DNA of 32,000 nucleotides from NCBI RefSeq assembly GCF_000156355.1, contig NZ_GG657897.1, positions 274,320-306,319 on the forward strand, read 5' to 3'. Both the position numbers and the translations under genes were made by a program. The stretch's first letter is position 1; every line of letters starts with the position of its first letter. Below, in pieces: positions 14,301 to 26,429 of the stretch. Source of the DNA: Methylophaga thiooxydans DMS010 (GTDB lineage Bacteria; Pseudomonadota; Gammaproteobacteria; Nitrosococcales; Methylophagaceae). The notes under the pieces were generated by a model. It worked only from the letters and a program-made list of their open reading frames with translations. It made no database searches and was not told where the DNA came from.

Positions 14301-14834
14301 ATGGCAGAAGCAATAACCATCGCTCGACCCTATGCAAGCGCCGTATTTGCGATTGCACAGGAAAAAGGTGAGTTGAAAGCGTGGTCTGACCTGCTTATGG
14401 TGCTGGCGCAATGCGTCGAACAACCAGAAATGCAATCCATAATCACTAGCCCTGCAGTAAGTGATGAGCAGGCTGTATCAGTGCTGGCGGATATCGCCCG
14501 TGATTTAATGACAGCCGATGCTAAGAACTTCCTGTTATTACTGGCAGAAAACAATCGTCTGTTGTCGTTATCAGATGTGACCGTTCTGTTTGAAGAACTG
14601 CGCGCAGAAGCTGAAAAGTCAATGACCGCTGAAGTGATTTCAGCACGTGAACTGACCGCTGAGCAGGCAGCCAACATCTCAGCCGCGTTGAAGCAACGTT
14701 TAGGTCGTGATGTCACGCTCAACACAAGCATTGATGAAAGCTTGCTGGGCGGCGCAATCATTCGAGCAGGGGATCTAGTTATTGATGGATCTGCCTTGGG
14801 TAAACTGAACAGACTGGCCAACGCTATTAACTAA
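14301..14834 (+). CDS. atpH: F0F1 ATP synthase subunit delta
   Basis: 177 aa, OSCP/delta-like ([12 protein letters not shown]...). Operon position. Confidence 0.93.
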   Translation: MAEAITIARPYASAVFAIAQEKGELKAWSDLLMVLAQCVEQPEMQSIITSPAVSDEQAVSVLADIARDLMTADAKNFLLLLAENNRLLSLSDVTVLFEELRAEAEKSMTAEVISARELTAEQAANISAALKQRLGRDVTLNTSIDESLLGGAIIRAGDLVIDGSALGKLNRLANAIN

Positions 14835-14860
14835 GCGGCCCGTTTATAGAGGAAACAGAG

Positions 14861-16402
14861 ATGCAACTGAATTCAGCAGAAATCAGTGACCTAATTAAAA
14901 AGCGTATCGAAAGCTTTGATGGGGCCACTGAAGCGCGTACAGAAGGTACTATTGTCGGTGTAAGTGACGGTATCGTTCGTATTCATGGCTTAGCCGATGT
15001 TATGTCAGGGGAAATGCTGGAATTCCCAGGCAACACCTTTGGTATGGCACTTAACCTTGAGCGTGACTCAGTCGGTGCTGTGGTACTGGGTGACTATCAA
15101 CATCTTACAGAAGGCGACAAAGTTAAATGTACTGGTCGTATTCTTGAAGTCCCAACAGGCGAAAGCATGCTGGGTCGTGTTGTTGACTCATTAGGTCAGC
15201 CAATCGATGGTAAAGGTGAGATCAACGCCGAAAGCTCTTCTCCAATCGAGAAAGTGGCTCCTGGTGTTATCGCACGTCAATCTGTCGACCAACCAATTCA
15301 AACCGGTTTGAAATCGATCGATGCGATGATTCCTGTTGGTCGTGGTCAGCGTGAGTTGATCATCGGTGACCGTCAAACCGGTAAAACAGCCATCGCTATT
15401 GATGCCATCATCAACCAAAAAGGCACAGGCGTTAAATGTGTGTACGTTGCGATTGGCCAAAAAGCATCATCGATTGCGAACGTGGTTCGTAAATTAGAAG
15501 AGCATGGCGCACTGGAACACACCGTTATCGTAGCGGCTGCTGCTTCTGACTCTGCTGCACTTCAATTTATCGCGCCTTACGCGGGTTGCTCCATGGGTGA
15601 GTACTTCCGTGATAAAGGTGAAGATGCGTTAATCATCTATGATGATTTGACTAAACAAGCATGGGCTTACCGTCAGGTATCGCTGTTGCTGCGTCGTCCA
15701 CCGGGTCGTGAAGCATATCCTGGTGACGTTTTCTATCTGCATTCACGTCTGCTGGAACGTTCAGCTCGTGTAAACGCGGACTATGTAGAACAAATCACCA
15801 ATGGTGAAGTGAAAGGCAAAACCGGTTCATTGACTGCTCTGCCTATCATCGAAACCCAAGCAGGTGACGTATCAGCGTTCGTACCGACCAACGTAATCTC
15901 GATTACAGACGGTCAGATCTTCCTGGAAACGGACTTGTTCAACTCAGGTATCCGTCCAGCGATTAACGCGGGTCTATCGGTATCACGTGTAGGTGGTTCT
16001 GCTCAAACGAAAATCATCAAGAAATTGGGTGGCGGTATTCGTCTTGACTTGGCTCAGTATCGTGAATTGGCAGCATTTGCTCAGTTCGCTTCTGACCTTG
16101 ATGAAGCAACCCGTGCTCAAATCGGTCGTGGTCAACGTGTCACAGAACTGATGAAACAAGCACAGTATCAACCTCTGTCAGTTGCTGAAATGGCTATTTC
16201 GCTGTTTGCAGCAAACGAAGGTTTCATTGACGATGTTGACGTAAACAAAGTGGGCGATTTTGAATCAGCTCTGCTTTCTAACATGCGTTCAAATGAAGCT
16301 GACTTGATGGCGACAATTAACGATACCGGTAACTTTAATGACGACATTGCTGGCCAAATGCGCACAGCAATCGAGAGCTTTAAAAAAACCGGAAGCTGGT
16401 AA
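14861..16402 (+). CDS. atpA: F0F1 ATP synthase subunit alpha
   Basis: 513 aa. Walker A motif GDRQTGKT. Confidence 0.98.
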   Translation: MQLNSAEISDLIKKRIESFDGATEARTEGTIVGVSDGIVRIHGLADVMSGEMLEFPGNTFGMALNLERDSVGAVVLGDYQHLTEGDKVKCTGRILEVPTGESMLGRVVDSLGQPIDGKGEINAESSSPIEKVAPGVIARQSVDQPIQTGLKSIDAMIPVGRGQRELIIGDRQTGKTAIAIDAIINQKGTGVKCVYVAIGQKASSIANVVRKLEEHGALEHTVIVAAAASDSAALQFIAPYAGCSMGEYFRDKGEDALIIYDDLTKQAWAYRQVSLLLRRPPGREAYPGDVFYLHSRLLERSARVNADYVEQITNGEVKGKTGSLTALPIIETQAGDVSAFVPTNVISITDGQIFLETDLFNSGIRPAINAGLSVSRVGGSAQTKIIKKLGGGIRLDLAQYRELAAFAQFASDLDEATRAQIGRGQRVTELMKQAQYQPLSVAEMAISLFAANEGFIDDVDVNKVGDFESALLSNMRSNEADLMATINDTGNFNDDIAGQMRTAIESFKKTGSW

Positions 16403-16416
16403 TCGGAGCATAAGTC

Positions 16417-17283
16417 ATGGCTAGCGGTAAAGAGATACGGACTCAAATTGGCAGCATCAAAAATACGCAGAAAATCACCTCTGCGATGGAGATGGTTGCT
16501 GCGAGTAAAATGCGTAAGGCTCAAGATCGCATGGCAGCGACACGTCCTTATTCAGACAAGATTTACAACGTAATTCAACATTTGGCTTTTGCCCATCCTG
16601 AGTACAAACATCCGTACTTGCAGGATCGTGAAGAAACCAAACGTGTTGGCTACATCATAATCTCGTCTGATCGTGGGCTCTGTGGTGGTCTTAATAACAA
16701 TCTGTTCAAGACAGTTCTGAAAGAACTTAAAGAAAAGTCTGATAAAGGTTTGGAAGTGGATGTCTGCACCATTGGTCAGAAAGCCTCTTCTTTCTTCGGC
16801 AGATTGCCAGTTGACCATGTTGGTCAAGCTGTTCAACTGGGGGATGCACCGCATGCCCATGAGTTGATCGGCACAGTCAAAGTTATGCTGGATGCTTACA
16901 ACGAAGGCAGAATCGACAGCTTATACCTTGTCTATAACGAGTTTGTGAACACCATGACTCAGGATGACAAAGTGGTTCGCCTGCTGCCGGCAAAACCTGA
17001 AAAGCCTAGCGAAGAGCTGTCCCATCACTGGGACTACATTTATGAGCCGGATGCAAAAGAAGTACTGGACAACTTACTGGTCCGCTACATCGAGTCTTTG
17101 GTTTATCAAGGTGTTGTAGAGAATATTGCCTGTGAGCAAGCGTCTCGAATGATTGCGATGAAAAGCGCGTCAGACAACGCGGGTGACCTTATTGACGACT
17201 TGCAACTGGTTTACAACAAAGCTCGACAGGCTGCGATTACGCAAGAGATCTCCGAGATTGTTGCAGGTGCCGCTGCGGTATAA
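16417..17283 (+). CDS. atpG: F0F1 ATP synthase subunit gamma
   Basis: 288 aa. The N-terminus [32 protein letters not shown] and C-terminus [19 protein letters not shown] are typical of gamma subunits. Confidence 0.97.
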   Translation: MASGKEIRTQIGSIKNTQKITSAMEMVAASKMRKAQDRMAATRPYSDKIYNVIQHLAFAHPEYKHPYLQDREETKRVGYIIISSDRGLCGGLNNNLFKTVLKELKEKSDKGLEVDVCTIGQKASSFFGRLPVDHVGQAVQLGDAPHAHELIGTVKVMLDAYNEGRIDSLYLVYNEFVNTMTQDDKVVRLLPAKPEKPSEELSHHWDYIYEPDAKEVLDNLLVRYIESLVYQGVVENIACEQASRMIAMKSASDNAGDLIDDLQLVYNKARQAAITQEISEIVAGAAAV

Positions 17284-17287
17284 CTGA

Positions 17288-18688
<1,401 letters not shown>

Positions 18689-18706
18689 CCCTTTGGGAGG
18701 TATAGC

Positions 18707-19135
18707 ATGGCGATGACTATCCATGTTGACATTGTAAGCGCTGAAAACGAGATCTTTACCGGTCAGGCAGAAGCAGTATTTGCCTCAGCAGTAGAGGGTG
18801 AGATCGGTATTTATCCGCGTCACACTCCTTTGCTGACTCGCCTGAAACCAGGTGAAGTACGTGTGCTGAAAAGCAGCGGCGAAGAAGAGCAGTTTTATGT
18901 CTCAGGTGGCATTCTGGAAGTTCAACCGCATCTTGTCACAGTTCTGGCTGATACAGCTTCACGTGCCGCAGACGTTGATGAAGCGGCGGCATTAGCAGCC
19001 AAAGCAGATGCTGAGCGTGCCTTGAATGACAAAAGTGCTAAAAGAGACCTTGCAGAAGCCCAGAAAGAACTGGCTGAAGCCATGGCTCAATTGCGTGCCA
19101 TTGAACGTATGCGTAAGGGCAAGAAGGGACATTAA
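18707..19135 (+). CDS. atpC: F0F1 ATP synthase subunit epsilon
   Basis: 142 aa, preceded by GGGAGG. Last gene of the atp operon. Confidence 0.95.
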   Translation: MAMTIHVDIVSAENEIFTGQAEAVFASAVEGEIGIYPRHTPLLTRLKPGEVRVLKSSGEEEQFYVSGGILEVQPHLVTVLADTASRAADVDEAAALAAKADAERALNDKSAKRDLAEAQKELAEAMAQLRAIERMRKGKKGH

Positions 19136-19152
19136 TCCCGAGTCTGAAAAAA

Positions 19153-19186
19153 TAAAAAAGGCTGTCTTCGGACGGCCTTTTTTTTA
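19153..19186 (+). terminator. intrinsic terminator of the atp operon
   Basis: GGCTGTC-ttcg-GACGGCC stem-loop followed by a run of eight T (19178-19185). Confidence 0.85.
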
Positions 19187-19274
19187 TCTTAAATTTCGTA
19201 AATCAAAGCAGGCAGAGCGGCAATCAAAGCCATCTCTGCTAGAATGCATTTTTTGAATAAAGAACACATCATCT

Positions 19275-20642
19275 ATGTCACTATCCATCATTATCCTTGC
19301 TGCCGGTAAAGGCACACGCATGAAGTCTGCTAAACCTAAAGTCATGCATCGGCTGGCTGATAAGCCTTTGTTACAACACGTGGTCGATACTGCCAACGTG
19401 CTTAACCCAAGCGAGCTTGCTGTGGTGTGTGGTAATGGTGCCGATGATGTGGTGCCTTACCTTGAACAACAAGGTATCAACACTGCCATGCAGACAGAGC
19501 AGAAAGGCACGGGCCATGCGGTAGAACAGGCCAAAGATTTTTTCCAGCAGTCTGATGAAGTCTTGGTGTTGTATGGCGATGTGCCAATGATTGAAGCGGA
19601 GACGTTGCAAGCACTTATCAACTCAGGTGACAAAAACAGCCTCAAAGTGCTCACCACCGAACTGCAAGACCCGACCGGCTATGGTCGTATCGTCCGTGAT
19701 CTCAGTGGCAATATGCTACGTATCACCGAAGAAAAAGATGCTGACGATGAGACCAAACTCATCAATGAAGTGAACACCGGCATTATGTGCATACCAGCCA
19801 CGTGGTTGAATGACGCTTTAGCCAGTTTGGATAATAACAATGCCCAAGGTGAATATTACCTGACTGATTTGATTGCCCAGGCCGTTGAGCAAGGCATCGA
19901 AATCAGCTCAGTTGTCTGTGAAGACGAGATGGAAGTCGCTGGCGTCAATAACCGCGTACAGCTTGCCGAGCTGGAAAGTTATTACCAACAAAAGCGCGCT
20001 ACCGAATTAATGATGGCTGGCGTGACCTTCCGTGATCCAGCGCGTGTTGATATTCGCGGTGACATCACAGCAGGGCAGGATATTAATGTCGATATCAACG
20101 TGATATTCGAAGGTGCTAACACCCTTGCTGATAATGTCAGCATTGGTGCCAACTGCATCATTACAAACAGCGTGATCCATGAAGGAGCAGAGATTCTGCC
20201 CAACAGCATTATTGAAAATGCTGAAGTCGGGGCGAACTGTGCGGTTGGTCCGTTTGCTCGTTTGCGTCCCGGCAGTAAGCTGGCTGCTAAAGCCAAGGTC
20301 GGTAACTTTGTGGAAGTGAAAAATGCCAATATTGGTTTAGGTTCCAAGATCAATCACCTCAGTTATATCGGTGATACTGATATGGGGGCGGATGTGAATA
20401 TTGGCGCCGGTACCATTACCTGTAATTATGATGGCGCGAATAAGCACCGGACTGTGATTGGGGATCGGGTGTTTGTTGGGTCGGATACACAGCTCGTTGC
20501 ACCGGTGACGGTTGAGGATGGGGCTACTATTGGGGCTGGGTCTACGATTCGGAAGGATGCACCTGCTGATGCGCTGACTTTGACGGTTTCTAAGCAGAAG
20601 TCGGTTAGTGGGTGGCAGAGGCCGGTAAAGAAGTCAGGTTAA
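19275..20642 (+). CDS. glmU: bifunctional GlcNAc-1-P uridyltransferase / GlcN-1-P acetyltransferase
   Basis: 455 aa. N-terminal LAAGKGTRM nucleotidyltransferase motif and C-terminal left-handed beta-helix hexapeptide repeats. Conserved position after the atp operon. Confidence 0.96.
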   Translation: MSLSIIILAAGKGTRMKSAKPKVMHRLADKPLLQHVVDTANVLNPSELAVVCGNGADDVVPYLEQQGINTAMQTEQKGTGHAVEQAKDFFQQSDEVLVLYGDVPMIEAETLQALINSGDKNSLKVLTTELQDPTGYGRIVRDLSGNMLRITEEKDADDETKLINEVNTGIMCIPATWLNDALASLDNNNAQGEYYLTDLIAQAVEQGIEISSVVCEDEMEVAGVNNRVQLAELESYYQQKRATELMMAGVTFRDPARVDIRGDITAGQDINVDINVIFEGANTLADNVSIGANCIITNSVIHEGAEILPNSIIENAEVGANCAVGPFARLRPGSKLAAKAKVGNFVEVKNANIGLGSKINHLSYIGDTDMGADVNIGAGTITCNYDGANKHRTVIGDRVFVGSDTQLVAPVTVEDGATIGAGSTIRKDAPADALTLTVSKQKSVSGWQRPVKKSG

Positions 20643-20663
20643 TGGTTTACTGAACCCTATGTA

Positions 20664-21590
20664 ATGAAAAAAATTTATCATAAGAATCACCGTGCGATTA
20701 TAAAGAAGCACATAAGACTTATTAATAAGGTAAACGATGGTGAGTCACTCACCCTGAGTGGGTATGATGATTTTTTTAAATTTATCGCTACTGGAAATGT
20801 TGAGAATATAACAAAGAACCAAGAGGCTCTGAACGAAGAATTTAGCTTGTGCTACCTATACGCTGCGAGTGTAAGGTTGCTCAGTTTTACATTCAGCGCT
20901 CAAAAACCAGAACATAACTTGATACCTTCTGATTGGCTTGGTGAAGATGCCCGCCCCAATCCTAACCTTGTTTTTGAAACGCTTCTTTCACAAATTAGTG
21001 ACTACAGCTACTCAGTGATAAAACTTGCAGAGAGTGGTTTGGATAATCCTGCTAGGTCATTAGTTAGGGTTCTATCTGAGCTCGTTCAGCAAACTTTATG
21101 CTTAGCAGCGAATGTAAATGATGTCAGGGAATATGTTGCAGCTCATGAGGATCATGAGGCAACTAAGGTTTGGTATCAGCTATTTGGAAAAGGAAAATTA
21201 GATAAAAAACTGACAACAATAGAGTCCGCATTAGGACTAACCGAAGATTTAATTTTCTCACTCAGAGAAGAGCGTACTAATACTCATAAGTTTTACTCCC
21301 AGAACATTCATCACTCGTTTACAGCAAGTGTAGTAGGTTCTCGTTCATGGGCATTTAGTGATGAGTCATGTAGAGATAGTTTTTTTGGTGGGCATAGTAG
21401 TTCTTTGAGAGCTCCCCTAAGTGCATTAACTAGAAGCCTTTGGTATTTCAATATTATGTTTCTCGCTATTTTTAATAACTTACATGGCTTTAAAGTTCCA
21501 GATATAAAAGATAGTTTTTGGTTTCCATATTTTGCTATCCGTGATGCAAGCAATGAAATATTCCTTGAAGGTCTCAAGCCCAGCAGTTAG
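20664..21590 (+). CDS. hypothetical protein (AT-rich orphan, predicted soluble and mostly helical; no family recognised)
   Basis: A 927-nt open frame with a single possible ATG start. It is much more AT-rich than its neighbours: by hand count 38/120 G+C at its 5' end against 31/60 in the last 60 nt of glmU. No convincing Shine-Dalgarno. Lys-rich N-terminus. Confidence 0.6.
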   Translation: MKKIYHKNHRAIIKKHIRLINKVNDGESLTLSGYDDFFKFIATGNVENITKNQEALNEEFSLCYLYAASVRLLSFTFSAQKPEHNLIPSDWLGEDARPNPNLVFETLLSQISDYSYSVIKLAESGLDNPARSLVRVLSELVQQTLCLAANVNDVREYVAAHEDHEATKVWYQLFGKGKLDKKLTTIESALGLTEDLIFSLREERTNTHKFYSQNIHHSFTASVVGSRSWAFSDESCRDSFFGGHSSSLRAPLSALTRSLWYFNIMFLAIFNNLHGFKVPDIKDSFWFPYFAIRDASNEIFLEGLKPSS

Positions 21591-21636
21591 ATAAGTCTTT
21601 AACTTCCCACGCTGCCGCGGGGCGTTCATTTAATTG

Positions 21637-21707
21637 GATTCGTGACATCCATGTCACTCACCCTCCGGGCGCTTATGGCGTCCAAATTCGTTCCCAACGA
21701 ATTTGTG
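21637..21707 (+). repeat. structured intergenic repeat, copy A (~71 nt, multi-hairpin, REP/MITE-like)
   Basis: GATTCGTGACATCCATGTCACTCACCCTCCGGGCGCTTATGGCGTCCAAATTCGTTCCCAACGAATTTGTG. Contains stems GTGACA/TGTCAC, GGGCGC/GCGTCC and a 10-bp CAAATTCGTT/AACGAATTTG. Confidence 0.7.
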
Positions 21708-21795
21708 CATGCCAAAAATAAACGAACCAAACAAAAAGGCACCCGATATTGCCTTCACCCAAAATTAAGCTTGTTTGATGGCGTGGCCGAAAACT

Positions 21796-21870
21796 GATTC
21801 GCGACATCCCTGTCGCTCACCCTTCGGGCGTCTCCGACGTCCAAATTTGTTCCAGACAAATTATTTGTCG
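21796..21870 (+). repeat. structured intergenic repeat, copy B (~75 nt)
   Basis: GATTCGCGACATCCCTGTCGCTCACCCTTCGGGCGTCTCCGACGTCCAAATTTGTTCCAGACAAATTATTTGTCG. Aligns with copy A in the same orientation, 88 bp downstream. Several differences are paired so that the stems are kept. Confidence 0.7.
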
Positions 21871-21928
21871 CTACGCTCAAACACGTGTCCACTTAATCCA
21901 TAAAATAAAGTTAATTTTTAGCGGCAAT

Positions 21929-22185
21929 AGACGGGAAGAAGGGGAGCAGCACCCAATCCCCCGTCTGTGCTGACGAGTAGCGGAGAGTTATCTGGATAAC
22001 GATTGGTCAGTGTCTGACCGAAGGGAGTTTTGACCAATCGCCAGATAAGTCGAGCAACGCAGTGAAGCCGCAGGCCAGCACGGTGGGGCGGCCTAGGGTT
22101 GTTAGGGATTTGGCCGTGCAAATCCCTGACTCGCCTACAAGGCGAAACCTTATTCTGTCGAATAAGAAGCCCGCTATCATCGGGC
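21929..22185 (+). other. GC-rich hairpin-dense noncoding island (candidate structured RNA, leader or element remnant; strand uncertain)
   Basis: Hand-counted 69/120 G+C at 22021-22140 against 10/40 at 21881-21920. There are stops in the plus-strand frames. At least seven stems are visible, listed in the finding. Confidence 0.35.
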
Positions 22186-22195
22186 AAATTTCCCG

Positions 22196-22223
22196 TTTAC
22201 ATTAGGCCATTGATTGTTAAAGT
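22196..22223 (+). promoter_or_regulatory. candidate sigma-70 promoter proximal to the transporter operon
   Basis: TTTACA (22196-22201), a 16-nt spacer, then TAAAGT (22218-22223). It lies about 30 nt upstream of the ATG at 22256. Confidence 0.35.
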
Positions 22224-22255
22224 GATTGGCTGGGAAATCTACAACGGAGCAGCCC

Positions 22256-22516
22256 ATGTCTGCCAAGTCTATTCATTCACGCCGCCGTACGGCGTTATTT
22301 ATTACGCTCATTCTAGCGACGACTTTCTTAACTACCTTTCCACCCATTTTTTTGTGGGCCAATACGATTGAGCCGCGTGTGCTTGGCTTGCCGTTTGCAA
22401 TGATTTGGCATATCGGTTTGGCACTGGTTGGTGCTGTGTTCTTTGCATTATGGTATTTACTGGAAAGTCGCAGTGGCGCCATCGATATGAACGTTGATAT
22501 TGAGGAGGCCAGATGA
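22256..22516 (+). CDS. small two-TM membrane protein (DUF3311-like partner of SSS transporters)
   Basis: I prefer ATG 22256, with GGAG 6 nt upstream, over the TTG at 22226. 86 aa with two hydrophobic helices (ALFITLILATTFLTTFPPIFLW; FAMIWHIGLALVGAVFFALWYLL). Its stop overlaps the transporter start (ATGA). Confidence 0.75.
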   Translation: MSAKSIHSRRRTALFITLILATTFLTTFPPIFLWANTIEPRVLGLPFAMIWHIGLALVGAVFFALWYLLESRSGAIDMNVDIEEAR

Positions 22517-23967
22517 TTCCGGTTCTCGCGCTATTAGCTTTTCTGGGACTGATTTTATTTATTAATCGCCGTCAGCTCGGCGTGTCCACCATGGCCGACT
22601 ATGCGACAGCGAATCACAGTATCGGTGTATTGGGGATAACCTTTGGTTTTTTAGCAACTTGGTATGTGGGCGCCGGTTATACCGTGTTTTCCGGATTTGC
22701 CGTCAGTTTTGGCATGATTGGGATGTACGTTGTCCCTTACGGCATCATTACTTTGCTGGTGATGTATCTGGTTGCTGAAAAAACCTTTATCTGGGGTAAA
22801 AAATACCAGTTACGTACCCAGTCGGAATTGTTGGGGCTGCGTTATCGTAGTGACTTTATTCGTGTGCTGACCGGCTTTGCGGGTGTGGCTTTATCGGTAC
22901 CGTGGCTGTTAATGGAGTGGTACACGATTGGCTATGTGTTCAACTATGCCACTGATGGCTTTATTAGCCCGTTGCTGGGCATGATCATCGGTATCTTTGT
23001 GGTGGTGTTTTATGTCGCTATGGGCGGTATGCGTAGTGTGGTTACCGCCAATATCGTACAGGGCCTGTATATGATGATTGTCGGTTCGGCCGTGTTGATT
23101 TATGTGCTATATAGCGAGTTAGGTGGCCTGACGGCGGCAATGGATAGATTATTTCATGAAAGCCCCGAGGCGATGATCTTTCCGGGGCCGGGCTGGGATG
23201 TCTCACCCAATTATTGGACGGCGATTATTATCACCAGCGGTTTAGGCGGCTTTATGTGGCCGTGGGTATATAACAAGTTATTTGCTGCTGACAGTCTTCG
23301 CACCATTAAGCAGTCGGTGTTGTTTGCGCCGGTGCTGGGTATTTTGTCTTTCGCTTTATTGATTATTTTATCGATGGCACTGCACCCTTTACCGTTTGCA
23401 CAGGAAAATCCGGAAGAAGCATTATTCTGGGCACACAGTCAGGCGGGTGTCTGGCCTCTGGCATTGTTTGCCGTATTGGTTATGGCTGCCAGTCTGGGCA
23501 CTGTCAGCGGCATTTTAAATGCAATGTCGACGGCGATATCCGGTGATATTGCTCAGGTGATAAACCGTAAAATTAGCGAGAAAACCGCGCTACTGATTGC
23601 CCGTTGGTCAGTGGTGGCGATGAGTGTGGGCGCATTGGTCGGTGCATACCTGAAAGAGGGGCAACTGGTCTTTCTGGCATTGATGACGTATCAAGGCATG
23701 ATTGTGTTGGCACCGGTTGTTTTACTCGGATTGTATTGGCAGAGAGCCAATAAGTTTGGCGCCGTGATTGGCTTTTTGACGGGTATGGCGGTGTCTTTTG
23801 GGCTGACATTAAGCGAGCCACAATTTCTTGTGACCTATGGCTGGACGCCGGGTGTGTATGGCTTTTTAACGACGCTGATGATCATGATCGTTGCGGGTTA
23901 TCTGCGACCGGTGGAAAGCCATGTTGAAAAGCTTTGGGGTGATATCGCCCACGCGAGAGGGCAATGA
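22513..23967 (+). CDS. sodium:solute symporter (SSS) family transporter, substrate unknown
   Basis: 484 aa with about 13 hydrophobic segments and SSS-like organisation. Translationally coupled to the upstream small membrane protein. Confidence 0.88.
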   Translation: MIPVLALLAFLGLILFINRRQLGVSTMADYATANHSIGVLGITFGFLATWYVGAGYTVFSGFAVSFGMIGMYVVPYGIITLLVMYLVAEKTFIWGKKYQLRTQSELLGLRYRSDFIRVLTGFAGVALSVPWLLMEWYTIGYVFNYATDGFISPLLGMIIGIFVVVFYVAMGGMRSVVTANIVQGLYMMIVGSAVLIYVLYSELGGLTAAMDRLFHESPEAMIFPGPGWDVSPNYWTAIIITSGLGGFMWPWVYNKLFAADSLRTIKQSVLFAPVLGILSFALLIILSMALHPLPFAQENPEEALFWAHSQAGVWPLALFAVLVMAASLGTVSGILNAMSTAISGDIAQVINRKISEKTALLIARWSVVAMSVGALVGAYLKEGQLVFLALMTYQGMIVLAPVVLLGLYWQRANKFGAVIGFLTGMAVSFGLTLSEPQFLVTYGWTPGVYGFLTTLMIMIVAGYLRPVESHVEKLWGDIAHARGQ

Positions 23968-24040
23968 CTCGCCATTAAGACAAAATCGTTATCTGAGTTT
24001 TGATGGGTAACTAAACTGGCACAGTGATGTAATTCGACCC

Positions 24041-24079
24041 AAAAAAAAGCCTGACGAACCGGGGAAGTTCGCCAGGCTT
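24041..24079 (-). terminator. intrinsic terminator of katG
   Basis: The minus strand reads AAGCCTGGCGAAC-ttccccg-GTTCGTCAGGCTT followed by TTTTTTTT. Confidence 0.8.
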
Positions 24080-24103
24080 AAGCTAAATAGTTAAGAAAAC
24101 GAT

Positions 24104-26419
<2,316 letters not shown>

Positions 26420-26429
26420 TTATTTAGAT

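Noticed and set aside
13774-14358. 194-aa minus-strand ORF, together with 14330-14821 (163 aa), 2373-2777, 4321-4677, 9299-9601, 16168-16524 and 19982-20353.
   Set aside because: All lie antisense to, and fully inside, strongly supported conserved genes (atpF, atpH, gltD, amtB, mnmG, atpA/atpG, glmU). Their translations are low-complexity or Arg/Ser/Cys-rich. These are classic shadow ORFs.
21637-21870. The two repeats as a CRISPR array or as integron attC sites.
   Set aside because: - CRISPR: there are only two copies, they are about 72 nt long and imperfect, with an 88-nt A-rich spacer and no cas genes.
- attC: each unit is three or four separate hairpins rather than one long imperfect palindrome with R''/L''-L'/R' boxes, and no intI is present.
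21967-22081. Possible known riboswitch (TPP, glycine, cobalamin or guanidine-I) in the GC-rich island.
   Set aside because: Only short strings match, and the diagnostic cores are missing.
- TPP: GCTGACGA...ATCTGGATAAC resembles CTGAGA...ATCTGGATAATG. However, the CTGG/CCAG helix here extends into a perfect 8-bp stem with a long insertion, and GCG.AGGGA is absent.
- Glycine: GGAGAG...ACCGAAGGGAG resembles GGAGAG...CACCGAAGGGGCAA, but the CTCAGGC-AAAGGAC half is missing.
- Cobalamin: no GCCACTG and no B12 box.
- Guanidine-I: CTAGGGTT is present without GGTCCGAGAG or ACGGCGGGA.
20643-22255. Tn7-like or CAST insertion at the glmU/glmS-type hotspot.
   Set aside because: I could see no tnsABCD, tniQ or cas genes, no terminal repeat arrays, and glmS itself (the attTn7 determinant) is absent from the window.
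21918-22371. 89-aa minus-strand ORF (21918-22187) and 90-aa plus-strand ORF (22099-22371) in the GC-rich island.
   Set aside because: The minus-strand ORF is Arg/Pro/Gly-rich with no start context, and it coincides with dense hairpins. The plus-strand ORF overlaps the much better supported small membrane protein gene in another frame. Neither looks like a real protein.
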